A stretch of DNA of 64,000 nucleotides. Source: Myxococcales bacterium. Its GTDB lineage: Bacteria > Desulfobacterota > Binatia > HRBIN30. The position numbers and the translations under genes were made by a program. The notes beneath the pieces were generated by a model. It made no database searches and was not told the origin of the DNA. It saw only the letters and a list, made by a program, of their open reading frames with translations. The stretch's first letter is position 1. The number at the start of each line of letters is the position of its first letter. The stretch spans positions 1 through 64,000 of the forward strand of contig JBBILD010000001.1 of assembly GCA_037445065.1 (NCBI GenBank). Reading direction: 5' to 3'. Below are positions 9,573 through 19,047 of the stretch, piece after piece.

Positions 9573-10052
9573 ATGTCTGAGCGTTTGAAGCCTTTTTTGG
9601 CGGGAGTGTGCACGACCTTGACCGTGATCGGCTTAGTTTGGTTGGTTCGCTCGCTCTTGCCAAGCGAGGGGAGCCGGCAAAACACAAGCGTCGGGGTTGC
9701 GCCGTCCCTATCGCCGACGGCTTCTCCGACGCCGAGCGTGCCGCTGGTCGTAGCGACGCCTCCCTCGAGTTATCGGCTGGCGGGAGTGGCAGAAAACGCT
9801 GGGCAGTTGTTCGCGGTGGTCGAGTCGCCCAAAGGGGAGCACGGGCTGTATCGCAAGGGGGACGAAGTTCCAGGACTCGGACGGCTGGTTTCGATTGCAG
9901 ACGAACGGGCGACCTTTGACACGCCTGGGGGGCGTGTGACCCTGTGGGTTGCACCCGCCCCAACTGCGACCCGGACAATCACGCCGCGGCGTACGCCTGC
10001 TACGCCGGCGCGTTCGCCGTTGCACTCGCCGCCAAGCGCCCCGGCGCCGTGA
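9573..10052 (+). CDS. Membrane-anchored protein with GspC/PilP-like periplasmic beta domain
   Basis: N-terminal TM helix, Pro/Thr linker, then YRLAGV...AVVE...YRKGDEV..GRLVSI..ERATF pattern typical of the T2SS GspC HR domain. Confidence 0.55.
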   Translation: MSERLKPFLAGVCTTLTVIGLVWLVRSLLPSEGSRQNTSVGVAPSLSPTASPTPSVPLVVATPPSSYRLAGVAENAGQLFAVVESPKGEHGLYRKGDEVPGLGRLVSIADERATFDTPGGRVTLWVAPAPTATRTITPRRTPATPARSPLHSPPSAPAP

Positions 10053-11145
10053 GGTCGTGAATTAACTTCTTGAGCCTGTCGGGATCAACCGGCTTCTTGA
10101 ACAACACCCCCTGCAAACCTTGAAGGCGGCTTCGCTTGATGACGTGATCCCGATCGTAATAATACCCGGTCATCAGGATCACCGGGGTGTTGCCGCGGTT
10201 CCGCACCTCCATGTACAGGTCGTACCCGTCCAAATCGGGCATCACCACGTCGCTGATCACCAAATCGACTTTTTCGCTCTCGAAAATGCGCAGCGCTTCT
10301 AACCCTCCGTGCGCCTCAAGAACGTGGCATCCTTCGGCTTTGAGCAGGTCACGCAGTGAGTGGCAAACACCAACGTCGTCGTCGACAACGAGGACCCGCA
10401 GCCCTGCAAGCCCCCGTTTTTGCTCGGAGCTTGAGGGGCCGGGTTCCTGCAGGTCGGTCATCTGCGTTCCCTCGAGGTATTCGCGAGTGCGGTATTGCGC
10501 GCCTTTGGAAAGCTCCACCAGCCGGTTGACCGCGCTCTGAATCTTCGCCAGTTCCCGCCGGATTGCTTCGATGCGTTCTTCCTCGACGAGGGCTCGTTCG
10601 TCGTCGCTGATCCCGCGCACATAGCGATCGAGAAGTTCGATTTGGTTGACAATTGCTTCGAGTGGGTTGTTGATTTCGTGGCACACGGCCACAGCCACTT
10701 CTCCCAGGGTTGCGAGGCGATCCTTCCGGCGAATGTCGCGCAGATCCTTGGCGAAGCCGATCGATCCGATTTCAAAACCCACGTCATCGCACAGAATGGA
10801 CCCTGAAATGGCAACCGGAATGCGTTCGCCCCAACGATCCACGAAGGTAGTCTCGAAGTTTTTGAGTTTGCCGGGTCCCCCGAACTCCTCGCTGCGCATC
10901 GCGGCCATGACCCGCTTGGCCTCCTCCATGGACGGGTACACCTTGGTGACTTTTTCGCCCAGGATTTCGGCAGCCGTGTAACCAAGGTTCTTCTCTGCCC
11001 CGTCGTTGTAATACACGATCGTGCCGGTGCGATCGACAGCGATGACGATATCAGGGGAACTCTCGATCAACTGCTCGAGATAGTGCGGGGGAAACTTAGG
11101 GGGACGGCGCGAGGTTTCCGCCATGGTCAGCCGAGTACCGCTCAT
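10000..11145 (-). CDS. PAS-HisKA-receiver signalling protein lacking an HATPase domain
   Basis: PAS (IESSPD...YNDGAEKNLGY), H-box HEINNPL, REC (VVDDD, SDVVMP, MTG, KKP); no N/G1/F/G2 boxes. Confidence 0.85.
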   Translation of the reverse strand: MSGTRLTMAETSRRPPKFPPHYLEQLIESSPDIVIAVDRTGTIVYYNDGAEKNLGYTAAEILGEKVTKVYPSMEEAKRVMAAMRSEEFGGPGKLKNFETTFVDRWGERIPVAISGSILCDDVGFEIGSIGFAKDLRDIRRKDRLATLGEVAVAVCHEINNPLEAIVNQIELLDRYVRGISDDERALVEEERIEAIRRELAKIQSAVNRLVELSKGAQYRTREYLEGTQMTDLQEPGPSSSEQKRGLAGLRVLVVDDDVGVCHSLRDLLKAEGCHVLEAHGGLEALRIFESEKVDLVISDVVMPDLDGYDLYMEVRNRGNTPVILMTGYYYDRDHVIKRSRLQGLQGVLFKKPVDPDRLKKLIHDLTAPGRLAASATANAPA

Positions 11146-12320
11146 TCGCTAGCAAAACCAGGTGGCCGAACCCACGCCTCGTCTCGTCCGGGAGGTACGG
11201 GCACTCGCTGCCGTTGTTTGCGTGCCAGTCGCAGAAGCACTTTCAGCGACTTTTCGAATTCCTCGATCGGACGTGTAGTAACGAGTCCCTCCCGCTCCAA
11301 GGCGGAAAACACTTCTTCGCCCAAGGCCGAACGGATAATGGTGATTGTCCACCCATTCGCTCCGACGCCTCCACAGGACAGATCTGCAACTTCTGCCGAG
11401 AAGTCCCCGCAGTGATGGCACTCTGGGCGCGCGTACTCCTGCATGGAACGGAGACTCAGTTCAACGAGTTCGCCGTTTTTCTTGTACACCTGTACCTTGC
11501 CCTTGACATTGAACTGGCGAACTTCCGACAGAGGAATACCGAGACGTTGCTCCAGTGTGTCCCGCATGAGCTCCCGAAAGTCGAAGACCTCGCTGCACAA
11601 CAATCCAATAGTCAAGGCCACCCGTTCGCCGAAGCCTTTGAGAAAGTGGCGCTGCTTGACAATGATTTTCTCCTTTTTGCGGCCGTTGTCGAGGAAGCTG
11701 GGGTCCACCAATTGCATCTTGCGAACAGGGGTGATCTGGCACGGCACTCCCACGAAGGCGACACGTTCGAGGCCCTGCTTTTCCGCATCAGCTAGCGCGA
11801 GATTATTGGGGCAGTACGTATACCAGGAACTCGCCGCAGCGATGGCTTCGTCTACCGTGCGGATCGCCCGCGGGTACGGCTCGCAAGGTCGCGTGGCGTC
11901 CGTGGCGGACACCACCGCTCCGTCGAATCGCCCGTTCGTCAAGCCCCAACAGAGAAGGGTCGTAACCACTCCGCCGTCCTCACAGCGAGCAAGAACCCTC
12001 GGATCGGTGCTCCGTGCCACAACAATGCGGCGATAGGCTCCGAACGTACCGGTAATGGTCTGCGCCGGGTCGAACAGCTGGTCGCGCAAGTGGTGTTCGC
12101 GCTCTCCCAGCCGTGGGCACACTTGCGCGCAACAATCGCAGCCGATTCCTTCACTGATGCCACAATAGTCAAATGGAAGAGTGGCTTTCGCCACTTGCTT
12201 GGGCTTTCCGTCTACGTAGTCGATGACGTTGTGGGGGCACACCAGAACGCAGCTCCCGCACTCGCAGCAGCTGCCGTACGCTACCACCTCATTCATCATT
12301 TGCTTGAAGGTAGGATGCAT
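11142..12320 (-). CDS. FrhB/FdhB-like (F420-binding beta subunit family) Fe-S flavoprotein with N-terminal ferredoxin
   Basis: CCECGSCVLVCP and CDCCAQVCP ferredoxin motifs; DGGVVT, GVPCQ, IGLLC, CHHCGDF..ADLSCG. Alternative start at 12413. Confidence 0.85.
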   Translation of the reverse strand: MHPTFKQMMNEVVAYGSCCECGSCVLVCPHNVIDYVDGKPKQVAKATLPFDYCGISEGIGCDCCAQVCPRLGEREHHLRDQLFDPAQTITGTFGAYRRIVVARSTDPRVLARCEDGGVVTTLLCWGLTNGRFDGAVVSATDATRPCEPYPRAIRTVDEAIAAASSWYTYCPNNLALADAEKQGLERVAFVGVPCQITPVRKMQLVDPSFLDNGRKKEKIIVKQRHFLKGFGERVALTIGLLCSEVFDFRELMRDTLEQRLGIPLSEVRQFNVKGKVQVYKKNGELVELSLRSMQEYARPECHHCGDFSAEVADLSCGGVGANGWTITIIRSALGEEVFSALEREGLVTTRPIEEFEKSLKVLLRLARKQRQRVPVPPGRDEAWVRPPGFASE

Positions 12321-12339
12321 GGCAGGGGTGGTTGCTCGC

Positions 12340-14877
12340 TTACCGTTGCGGACAGTTCCAGTCAACGAACGAACCGGAAGCGGAACGCCCCTGCCCTCGG
12401 GAGGCTCGGTCACCGGGGCTGGCCGTTTCCATTTGCCAGCGATTCCATGGGCTGCGTTGCGCTCGCCAGCGGAGTCTCCCGGACGCCTCGATTCGTACGG
12501 TGATCATGCCGTCCCAGTCCGTGCGTAAAATCCGGCTGCCGGAGCGGGCGTATGCAGCGATCACGCTGCGGTGTGGGAGGCGAAAGCGGTTTTGATGGCC
12601 GACGGAGAAGATCACCAGCTTCGGGTTTGTCGCGTTAATCAACTCCGCCGTGCTGGACGTGCGGCTGCCGTGATGAGGAGCCTTTACCACGTCGGCCTGT
12701 AGTGCTGGTCCGTATCGAGAAACCAGTTGAAGTTCCACTTGTCTTTCCATGTCGCCAGGCAACAGCACGTTTCGCCCGGCGTACTCGAAGAGGAGGACGA
12801 GGGAGTGATCGTTCGGGTTGCGCTCAGGGCTGTTTGGAGCAGGCCAGAGTACCGTGACGCGAACCCCACTATCGGCTAAATAGCAGCCTGCCCAGAGGCT
12901 TCTCCTGCGCGTGCCTCGTGTTCCTAAGCGGCGCTCGAGCGCGGAGTACGAGACGGCATCGGAGGTCTGACCGTTGGAGAAGAACCAGTGCGGCGCAAAC
13001 GCGTCTGCCAAAAACGGCATCGCGCCGTAATGATCGAACTGGGGGTGGGTCAAGACCAAGGCATCGAGACGGTGATACCCGAAGCCAAACAGAACGGGGC
13101 CAATCACCCGCTCCCCCGTGTCGAAGGTTCCGGGGATGCCGCCCGCGTCGACGAGCCAGCGCCTGCCACTCGGAAACACAACCAAGGTTGCGTCTGCTTG
13201 GCCCACGCTCAAAAATTGAAATTCCAGCGCCTGGCCGGGCCATCGAGCGACCACCCGGTTCACGGCGGCAGTCAGGAGAAGGCCAAGGGCCACATATCGG
13301 GCTTTCCGGCGAAGGTGTGTTGGGCGAGCCAGAAAAGCTGCCAGTGCGACGGCACTTGCGGCGAGTTCGACGAGGGTCGGAGTAGGCAGCCGCAGCGCGG
13401 CGAGAGGCAGAGCCGCAAACCAGGCAGTGAGCCGCCAGCCCGCCGCTACGGAGTACTGCGCGAGTACTGCGAAGATTGCTGCTAGCGACTCGCTCACAGG
13501 CAGAGAAAAGGCGCTAGCGAGGCCGAGAACCACTGCCGCGGAACCCAAAACCGGAACCACAAGAAGATTTGCGGCGGGGCTTATGAGCGAGGCTTGTTGG
13601 AAGTGCCAAAGAGTCCATGGAGCCGTGCCCAAACCTGCGCAAAGTGCAAGGAATCCGGCAGCCGCGAAGCTCCGCACGATCCGTTCGCCTTGGGTCCGAT
13701 AGATAGATCGTGGCTTCGGTGGTTGCGGCGGCCACCACTGCTGGAAACGGTTCGACGCAGCAATGAGCACGGCTACAGCAACAAAGCTCAGTTGGAACGA
13801 AATGTCGGCGGCCGCGCCCGGGAGGGTGAGGAGGATCAGGAAAGCCGCCGCAGTGAGCACGACATACGGATTTGTGAGCCTCCTCGTGGCCAGCGCACAC
13901 GCCACCGCCGCAAGCATACACACCGATCTACGAACCGGAATTTGCCCGCCAGCCAGCAGCGCATAAACGCCGACCGGAGCGAGCGAGACGAGCATGGCCA
14001 GCGTGGGCACGCTGGTGCGCAGCAGAAGCCATTCACTCCGACTCAGGAGCCAGCGAAAGATGACAAAGCTCGTTCCCCCGACCAAGCCCACGTGAAGCCC
14101 GGAGATGGACAACACGTGGCTGACCCCGGCGCGGCTGAATGCCTGGCGCAGCTCCGGGGTAATCCCGCCCTGATCCCCGAGGATGAGGGCAGTGAGAATC
14201 GCTGCCGTGTCAGGATCTCTGCCGGAGGAAAACAGTCGGGCGATGGCGGTGCGCCAGCGATCGAGCGCAGACCATGCATGCGGAGGAAAGGGCGCCGTGC
14301 GTTCGAGTGCTTGGTCCGACGAGAGAAACGCTGTGACGTAAATCTTTTCGCGGGCCAGGTACGCCTCGTAGTGAAACTCCCCGGGGTTCCCAAAGTTACG
14401 AGGACGGCGCAGTTTCAAAAAAGCCCGAACGGGCTGGCCCGGTGCCCATGTGTGGGAGACCTCGTGGATGCGTACTCGGATCAGTCCGCTGGCTGGTATC
14501 CATTCCCCGTGGCGGCGGACTCTCTCCGCAGCCAAGACGAGGGCCGCCCTGCGTGGCTGACCGACAGAGCTCCGCTGGACGCGGCCCTCGACGTAAACAG
14601 GCTCACCATGAGCCAAGTGGGCTACGTGGTTGGCCGGCAGCGCGGGGCGATAAACCTGTTGCGCACGGAAGGCGCCGACAACAAACGCGGCCGCCAGTAG
14701 CGCGACCGGCCGCGCTGCGGAACTCGTTCTCCACAGGGCAAACGAACTCGCCACAAGCGCTGCGCAGGATGCGGGAGGGAAGGAAAAGAAGTGGTGCAGC
14801 GCGTACAAATCACCGGCGATGAGGCCAACCAGAAGCCAGATCAAGGAGGGCACGCGGCGGAGACGGTTTGCAGACAT
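12340..14877 (-). CDS. comEC: DNA internalization competence protein ComEC/Rec2
   Basis: OB region with NPGEF.Y; HVLSISGLH; SFQLSF; MBL domain VGQAD, THPQFDH, GD and HHGS. Confidence 0.93.
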   Translation of the reverse strand: MSANRLRRVPSLIWLLVGLIAGDLYALHHFFSFPPASCAALVASSFALWRTSSAARPVALLAAAFVVGAFRAQQVYRPALPANHVAHLAHGEPVYVEGRVQRSSVGQPRRAALVLAAERVRRHGEWIPASGLIRVRIHEVSHTWAPGQPVRAFLKLRRPRNFGNPGEFHYEAYLAREKIYVTAFLSSDQALERTAPFPPHAWSALDRWRTAIARLFSSGRDPDTAAILTALILGDQGGITPELRQAFSRAGVSHVLSISGLHVGLVGGTSFVIFRWLLSRSEWLLLRTSVPTLAMLVSLAPVGVYALLAGGQIPVRRSVCMLAAVACALATRRLTNPYVVLTAAAFLILLTLPGAAADISFQLSFVAVAVLIAASNRFQQWWPPQPPKPRSIYRTQGERIVRSFAAAGFLALCAGLGTAPWTLWHFQQASLISPAANLLVVPVLGSAAVVLGLASAFSLPVSESLAAIFAVLAQYSVAAGWRLTAWFAALPLAALRLPTPTLVELAASAVALAAFLARPTHLRRKARYVALGLLLTAAVNRVVARWPGQALEFQFLSVGQADATLVVFPSGRRWLVDAGGIPGTFDTGERVIGPVLFGFGYHRLDALVLTHPQFDHYGAMPFLADAFAPHWFFSNGQTSDAVSYSALERRLGTRGTRRRSLWAGCYLADSGVRVTVLWPAPNSPERNPNDHSLVLLFEYAGRNVLLPGDMERQVELQLVSRYGPALQADVVKAPHHGSRTSSTAELINATNPKLVIFSVGHQNRFRLPHRSVIAAYARSGSRILRTDWDGMITVRIEASGRLRWRAQRSPWNRWQMETASPGDRASRGQGRSASGSFVDWNCPQR

Positions 14878-15031
14878 TGCCGGCCGTCCGAGCAAGTCTG
14901 GCGCCTTGCCAGCCAGCGTGCCCTGGCCACTGCCGTAGAGGGGGTCGGAGGCGCAAGAAACGAAACGCGTTCTCTGTTTGAGTCCTCACGGGCACTCGAT
15001 TCAGCCACGCTAGGCCTGGAGAAGCCTGCGC

Positions 15032-15499
15032 TCAGGAGACCTGGGGTGAGACTGTGCGTAACAGGAGCGAATGGTGGCGGGTCGAGAACGTTGGCTCGAT
15101 CGTTCGCGAAGCAATTCGCCAGCCACGTTCGGTACGAACCAGGCGGTCTCGGTAAATGGCGCTGTCTAGGAAGACGGTGAGAACCCCGTTTTCGCCAGCG
15201 ATGCCCATTGGGTTGAGCAAGTACGAACGGCAAGTGGCCGTGTCGCCGGCCAGCTCGATTTCGACATTCGTAATGATGTGCTGGATGAGGCGAAAATGCC
15301 GGAGCACGTCGGCGAGCCACGATCGGATCGTGCCTAAATCCCCCTGAATGCCACCGACTGCCGTGTAGTCAATTGCGGCGTTGTCCGTGAAGCAATCTGC
15401 GAACAGATCCCAGTCTCGTTCGTCCACGGCGCGGGCGTAACGGTGCAGCAAGTCTGTGATGGCTGCCCGATCTGCGAGCGTGCGCAAGGTTTCATCCAT
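15032..15499 (-). CDS. SnoaL-like/NTF2-family protein
   Basis: DRAAITDLLHRYARAVDERDW, QHIITN, YRDRLVRT..GWRIASR; AAGGAGG RBS. Confidence 0.88.
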   Translation of the reverse strand: MDETLRTLADRAAITDLLHRYARAVDERDWDLFADCFTDNAAIDYTAVGGIQGDLGTIRSWLADVLRHFRLIQHIITNVEIELAGDTATCRSYLLNPMGIAGENGVLTVFLDSAIYRDRLVRTERGWRIASRTIEPTFSTRHHSLLLRTVSPQVS

Positions 15500-15748
15500 G
15501 TGTGTACGGCCTCCTTATCGCTGCGTTTTGTTGGGTGACCTCATGCCACTGGGTATGGAGTACGTCTAGCTCGGCGGGGGACGCGCGCTTGCTCGCCAAA
15601 CCTCGCTCCGGGAGCGAAGTGCAGGAACAATGATTGAGCTGCTTCGGCCGTGTCATGCTTGGTGCCAGTTTCAGGGCTTGCGGTAACTTTGCACCGCCCT
15701 TGCTTTGCGTTTTTCGCTGTAGATGACGCACTGGCATAAATCTGGCCT

Positions 15749-15764
15749 TGGTACGCGCTTCGCT
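15749..15764 (+). promoter_or_regulatory. Possible sigma54 -24/-12 promoter for the metalloprotease gene
   Basis: TGGTAC-N5-TCGC with correct GG/GC spacing, ending 26 nt upstream of ATG 15790; a second similar element at 15732-15746. Confidence 0.35.
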
Positions 15765-15789
15765 TCGGGGGCCTGGCCGGGAGTGGTTC

Positions 15790-17871
15790 ATGAGCTGGAA
15801 ATCCTGGAAGCGCAGCCGGCGGAAGTTTGTGCAGTTCTGGGCGTGGGTAGCATTGGCCTGCCTGAGCGGGGTGAGCCCGAAGGCCCAGGCTACTACCTTA
15901 GTCTACGCGGGAGATGGGCCCCTGGCGGAGCAGTCGGACGCAGTCGTTGTGGGCAGGGTGTTACGGCTTGGGTCGGAACCTGGCCGCAACGGTGGCGTAC
16001 GCACGCGAGTGGTGCTCGAGGTAACAGAGGTGATTGCCGGTAACCTCTCGAAAGGGACGGTGGAGCTAGTGGAATGGGGCGGGCAGGTTGCGGACCGGTT
16101 GGAAAAGGTATTCGGTGCCCCGAAGTACCGGCCCGGAGAGCGGGTCTTGGTCTTCGTCCGCCGTACCTCCGACGGTTCGTGGCAGACAACAAACCTCGCA
16201 CTCGGAAAGTACGCCCTCCTGCCTGATACGGGAGGAAAATGGCGCGCCAGACGCGACTTGGAAGGAGCGGCATTGTTCGACCCGCGAAGCAGACGGTTCG
16301 AGCCGCATCCGGGCCCAAGCGAGCGAGACGCTGCAGCGGTCATTGAAGAGGTCCAGCGAGTATTTTCCCGGAAGGGGTACCCGCGCCGCGAGGTCCAACT
16401 GCCGGATTCGTCGGATGAGTTTGTATCCTTTGAAGCCCCCTTTAGTTTGTTGGCCCAGGCACGTTGGTTCGAGGCCGATTTAGGATTACCCGTCCCGTAC
16501 TACTTCGGGACCGGTGCCCAGGCTCCCCTCGATAGCGATACCTCCCGGGCTGCCGTGGAGCAGGGCATGGCCGCTTGGAGCAATGAGGGGTTTTTACGGC
16601 TCGAGGTGGCGGGCACGGTCCCCCCGGGGCCTTTCGCAGGCTGCCCGGAGGAGAGCCGCATTAGCTTTGGGGACCCGTTCCAGGAAGTCGCAAACCCTGT
16701 GAGCTGTTCGGGGATTCTCGCCCTGGGCGGTTTCTGTACTTCGAGCACAACGAGACCATACGCCGGCGCGAACTTCAGTCCGATCGTCGTGGGCAAGATT
16801 GTCTTCAACGATGGCTGGGAAGATTGTGGCATTTGGACAGAATGCAACTTGGCCGAAGTCGCGACTCACGAACTGGGCCACACGATCGGACTCGGACACT
16901 CCACCGACCGGACTGCTACCATGGCCCCCACGGCTCACTTCGACGGCCGCTGCGCGTCTCTTCGGAGCGACGACCTTGCGGGACTCGCATTTCTGTACGG
17001 TACGCCTGTGCCCGACTTGGTGGTGAGGCCGCGTCCCCCAGTCAACCTCCGTATCCCGCGCGGGAGCGAAGAGGGGCGAAAGCAGGTGACGATTACGATC
17101 GAGGACGCGGCAGCGCTGCCTAGCTCGGTGGCGACGACCCGCAGTGCCGAGGTCGTCGTAGAACCGGGAGATTGTCCTGGCGACCTGGTCAGCGATGCGG
17201 ACTTTGATGCAATTCTACCGGGAGCGCAATCTTCGGTCACTCTCAACGGCGGAAAAGCTCGCAAAGCAAGCGTGACCATCCGCGCCCGGGCGGCCGACAT
17301 TAGCGGCACGGCGCAGAGCCCGTTTCGTTGCACGGCTCAGATCGAGGTGCGCAGTGCCACAGATGCTTCGGATCAAAACCCCGGCAACAATAGGATTCCG
17401 CTTGTGATCAATGTCATTGACGGTAACGAGAGCTCCGGCGGGGCGCGCCTTTCACTTGGGCCCGATACGGTGGTGGCGGCTGTGAACCCTGTGCGGATTA
17501 CCTTGAGTCGGACTGCTCCCTTTGCTGTCAGAGACATTCGCGTGCGGTTGTGGAACGTGGACCAGGAAGCGGCCGTGCAGCGGCAGGTGGAAGTCGCGGT
17601 GGACGACGGCGACTGCCCAGCAGGGACCTTGGGGGGGTGGGATTTTGGACCCGAAGTCGGGGACCAACACACGGTGGTGATCGCTCCGGGTAAGGCGCTC
17701 AGCGGTTTTGTGACACTTACCCCCCCGAGCGGTGGCTTTTACTCAGTAAACCGGCGATCACCGAGTCGCTGCACGTTGTGGGTCAGGGCTTCCGCTCGCG
17801 AGGGAGAGGTCAACACCAGCAATAACGCGACTCCGGTGGTGCTCGACGTCGTCGACCAGAGCGACTTCTGA
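15790..17871 (+). CDS. Secreted matrixin-like (M10/metzincin) zinc metalloprotease with two C-terminal repeated beta domains
   Basis: Signal peptide, OB/TIMP-like pro region, HELGHTIGLGHS zinc motif, ATM Met-turn, DDLAGL; duplicated GDCP...SP.RCT...NN module. Confidence 0.85.
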   Translation: MSWKSWKRSRRKFVQFWAWVALACLSGVSPKAQATTLVYAGDGPLAEQSDAVVVGRVLRLGSEPGRNGGVRTRVVLEVTEVIAGNLSKGTVELVEWGGQVADRLEKVFGAPKYRPGERVLVFVRRTSDGSWQTTNLALGKYALLPDTGGKWRARRDLEGAALFDPRSRRFEPHPGPSERDAAAVIEEVQRVFSRKGYPRREVQLPDSSDEFVSFEAPFSLLAQARWFEADLGLPVPYYFGTGAQAPLDSDTSRAAVEQGMAAWSNEGFLRLEVAGTVPPGPFAGCPEESRISFGDPFQEVANPVSCSGILALGGFCTSSTTRPYAGANFSPIVVGKIVFNDGWEDCGIWTECNLAEVATHELGHTIGLGHSTDRTATMAPTAHFDGRCASLRSDDLAGLAFLYGTPVPDLVVRPRPPVNLRIPRGSEEGRKQVTITIEDAAALPSSVATTRSAEVVVEPGDCPGDLVSDADFDAILPGAQSSVTLNGGKARKASVTIRARAADISGTAQSPFRCTAQIEVRSATDASDQNPGNNRIPLVINVIDGNESSGGARLSLGPDTVVAAVNPVRITLSRTAPFAVRDIRVRLWNVDQEAAVQRQVEVAVDDGDCPAGTLGGWDFGPEVGDQHTVVIAPGKALSGFVTLTPPSGGFYSVNRRSPSRCTLWVRASAREGEVNTSNNATPVVLDVVDQSDF

Positions 17872-17906
17872 TCCCGCGTTCAACACGCGGCGTTAGGGGA
17901 GGGAAA

Positions 17907-17978
<72 letters not shown>

Positions 17979-18358
17979 ACCGCGAAGCAACTTTGCCTGC
18001 CTAAGTATGGGACAGCTCGTCCTCTGTCAATGGTCGATCCGCGGTGGCTCCAACGGTGAGGGAACGCATTTCCGTCACCTTCCAAGCAACGAACGCACAC
18101 GCTTGTTTGACATCTGCCAGTATCGTTTACCTGAGGACAGCCTGCGTACCCCGCCGCTCCACCCAGCGCTCGCGGTGCGCGAGCATTCTCTCTTCGCCGT
18201 GATCTCCGCACGGTGGCACAGGTCACTCGACGCTTACCAGCCAGCTAGCATGTGGATCCTTAATCCGAACTCAATTTCGTTTTCATGTCTTGAGGGCTTT
18301 TCTTAGGAGAGTTCAATGCTTAGTTGTCCTGAGCATTAGCCAGAAAGGACGGTTAGGC

Positions 18359-18571
18359 ATGAGTTGGTTTTTAGTGCTCTGGACGGCAATGATCCCCACG
18401 GAGCCCTTGATCCTTCCGGGAAATGCGGGTTGGGTGTTCGGTGTTGCTTTGCTGGTGACGGCACTTGGCTTGTGGTGGGAGCGCGAGAGGGTGCAAGAGT
18501 CGGCTGCGGCCGTGGATACAAAAGAGAGCAGGGATGCTGTGGGAGGTGGGCCGGTGGAGTGCCCAGCGTAG
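18359..18571 (+). CDS. Small hypothetical membrane protein (about 70 aa)
   Basis: AAAGGA RBS-like sequence before ATG 18359; TM segment WVFGVALLVTALGLWW; charged tail. Confidence 0.5.
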   Translation: MSWFLVLWTAMIPTEPLILPGNAGWVFGVALLVTALGLWWERERVQESAAAVDTKESRDAVGGGPVECPA

Positions 18572-18597
18572 CGAGGAATGGAGACGGCGAGACGCGT

Positions 18598-19047
18598 TTA
18601 TGAATCGGGTCGCACCCACGACGAAGGCAGCGGAGTGCCTTGCTGCGTCCCGATCCAAACTTCGCCGCCTTGAAAGAATTCCTTCTTCCAGATGGGTACG
18701 CTCTTCTTGAGTTCATCGATGAGGAAGCGGCAGGCTGCGAATGCCTGCGCGCGATGCGGGGAACTCACCGCAATCACTACGCTCGGTTCGCCAAGGGGTA
18801 CCTCTCCCAATCGGTGGGCAATGGCAGCCCGGGTTTCGGGCCACTGTGTTTGGGCGGTGAGCACCAAACGCTGCAGTTCCGAAATCGCCATTTCTTCGTA
18901 AGCCTCGTACTCGAGTCGGATTACTTCGCGCCCTTCGTTGTGATCTCGTGTCGTCCCGACAAAAATCACCGTAGCTCCGGCGCCAGGGTGACTCACCGCG
19001 GCGATGACCCGTTCCAGATCAATTTTCCCCTGTACCAGTTCAATCAT
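18598..19047 (-). CDS. moaE: Molybdopterin synthase catalytic subunit
   Basis: GATVIFVGTTR, LEYEAY, HRLG, SSPHR and ELKKSVPIWKKE motifs. Confidence 0.95.
   Translation of the reverse strand: MIELVQGKIDLERVIAAVSHPGAGATVIFVGTTRDHNEGREVIRLEYEAYEEMAISELQRLVLTAQTQWPETRAAIAHRLGEVPLGEPSVVIAVSSPHRAQAFAACRFLIDELKKSVPIWKKEFFQGGEVWIGTQQGTPLPSSWVRPDS

Noticed and set aside
11142..12413. F420-reducing hydrogenase operon
   Set aside because: No large or small hydrogenase subunit or maturation genes are adjacent.
13594..14700. 368-aa ORF on the plus strand, and many similar overlapping ORFs in the track
   Set aside because: Antisense shadows of well-supported genes (here comEC) in GC-rich DNA; no motifs.
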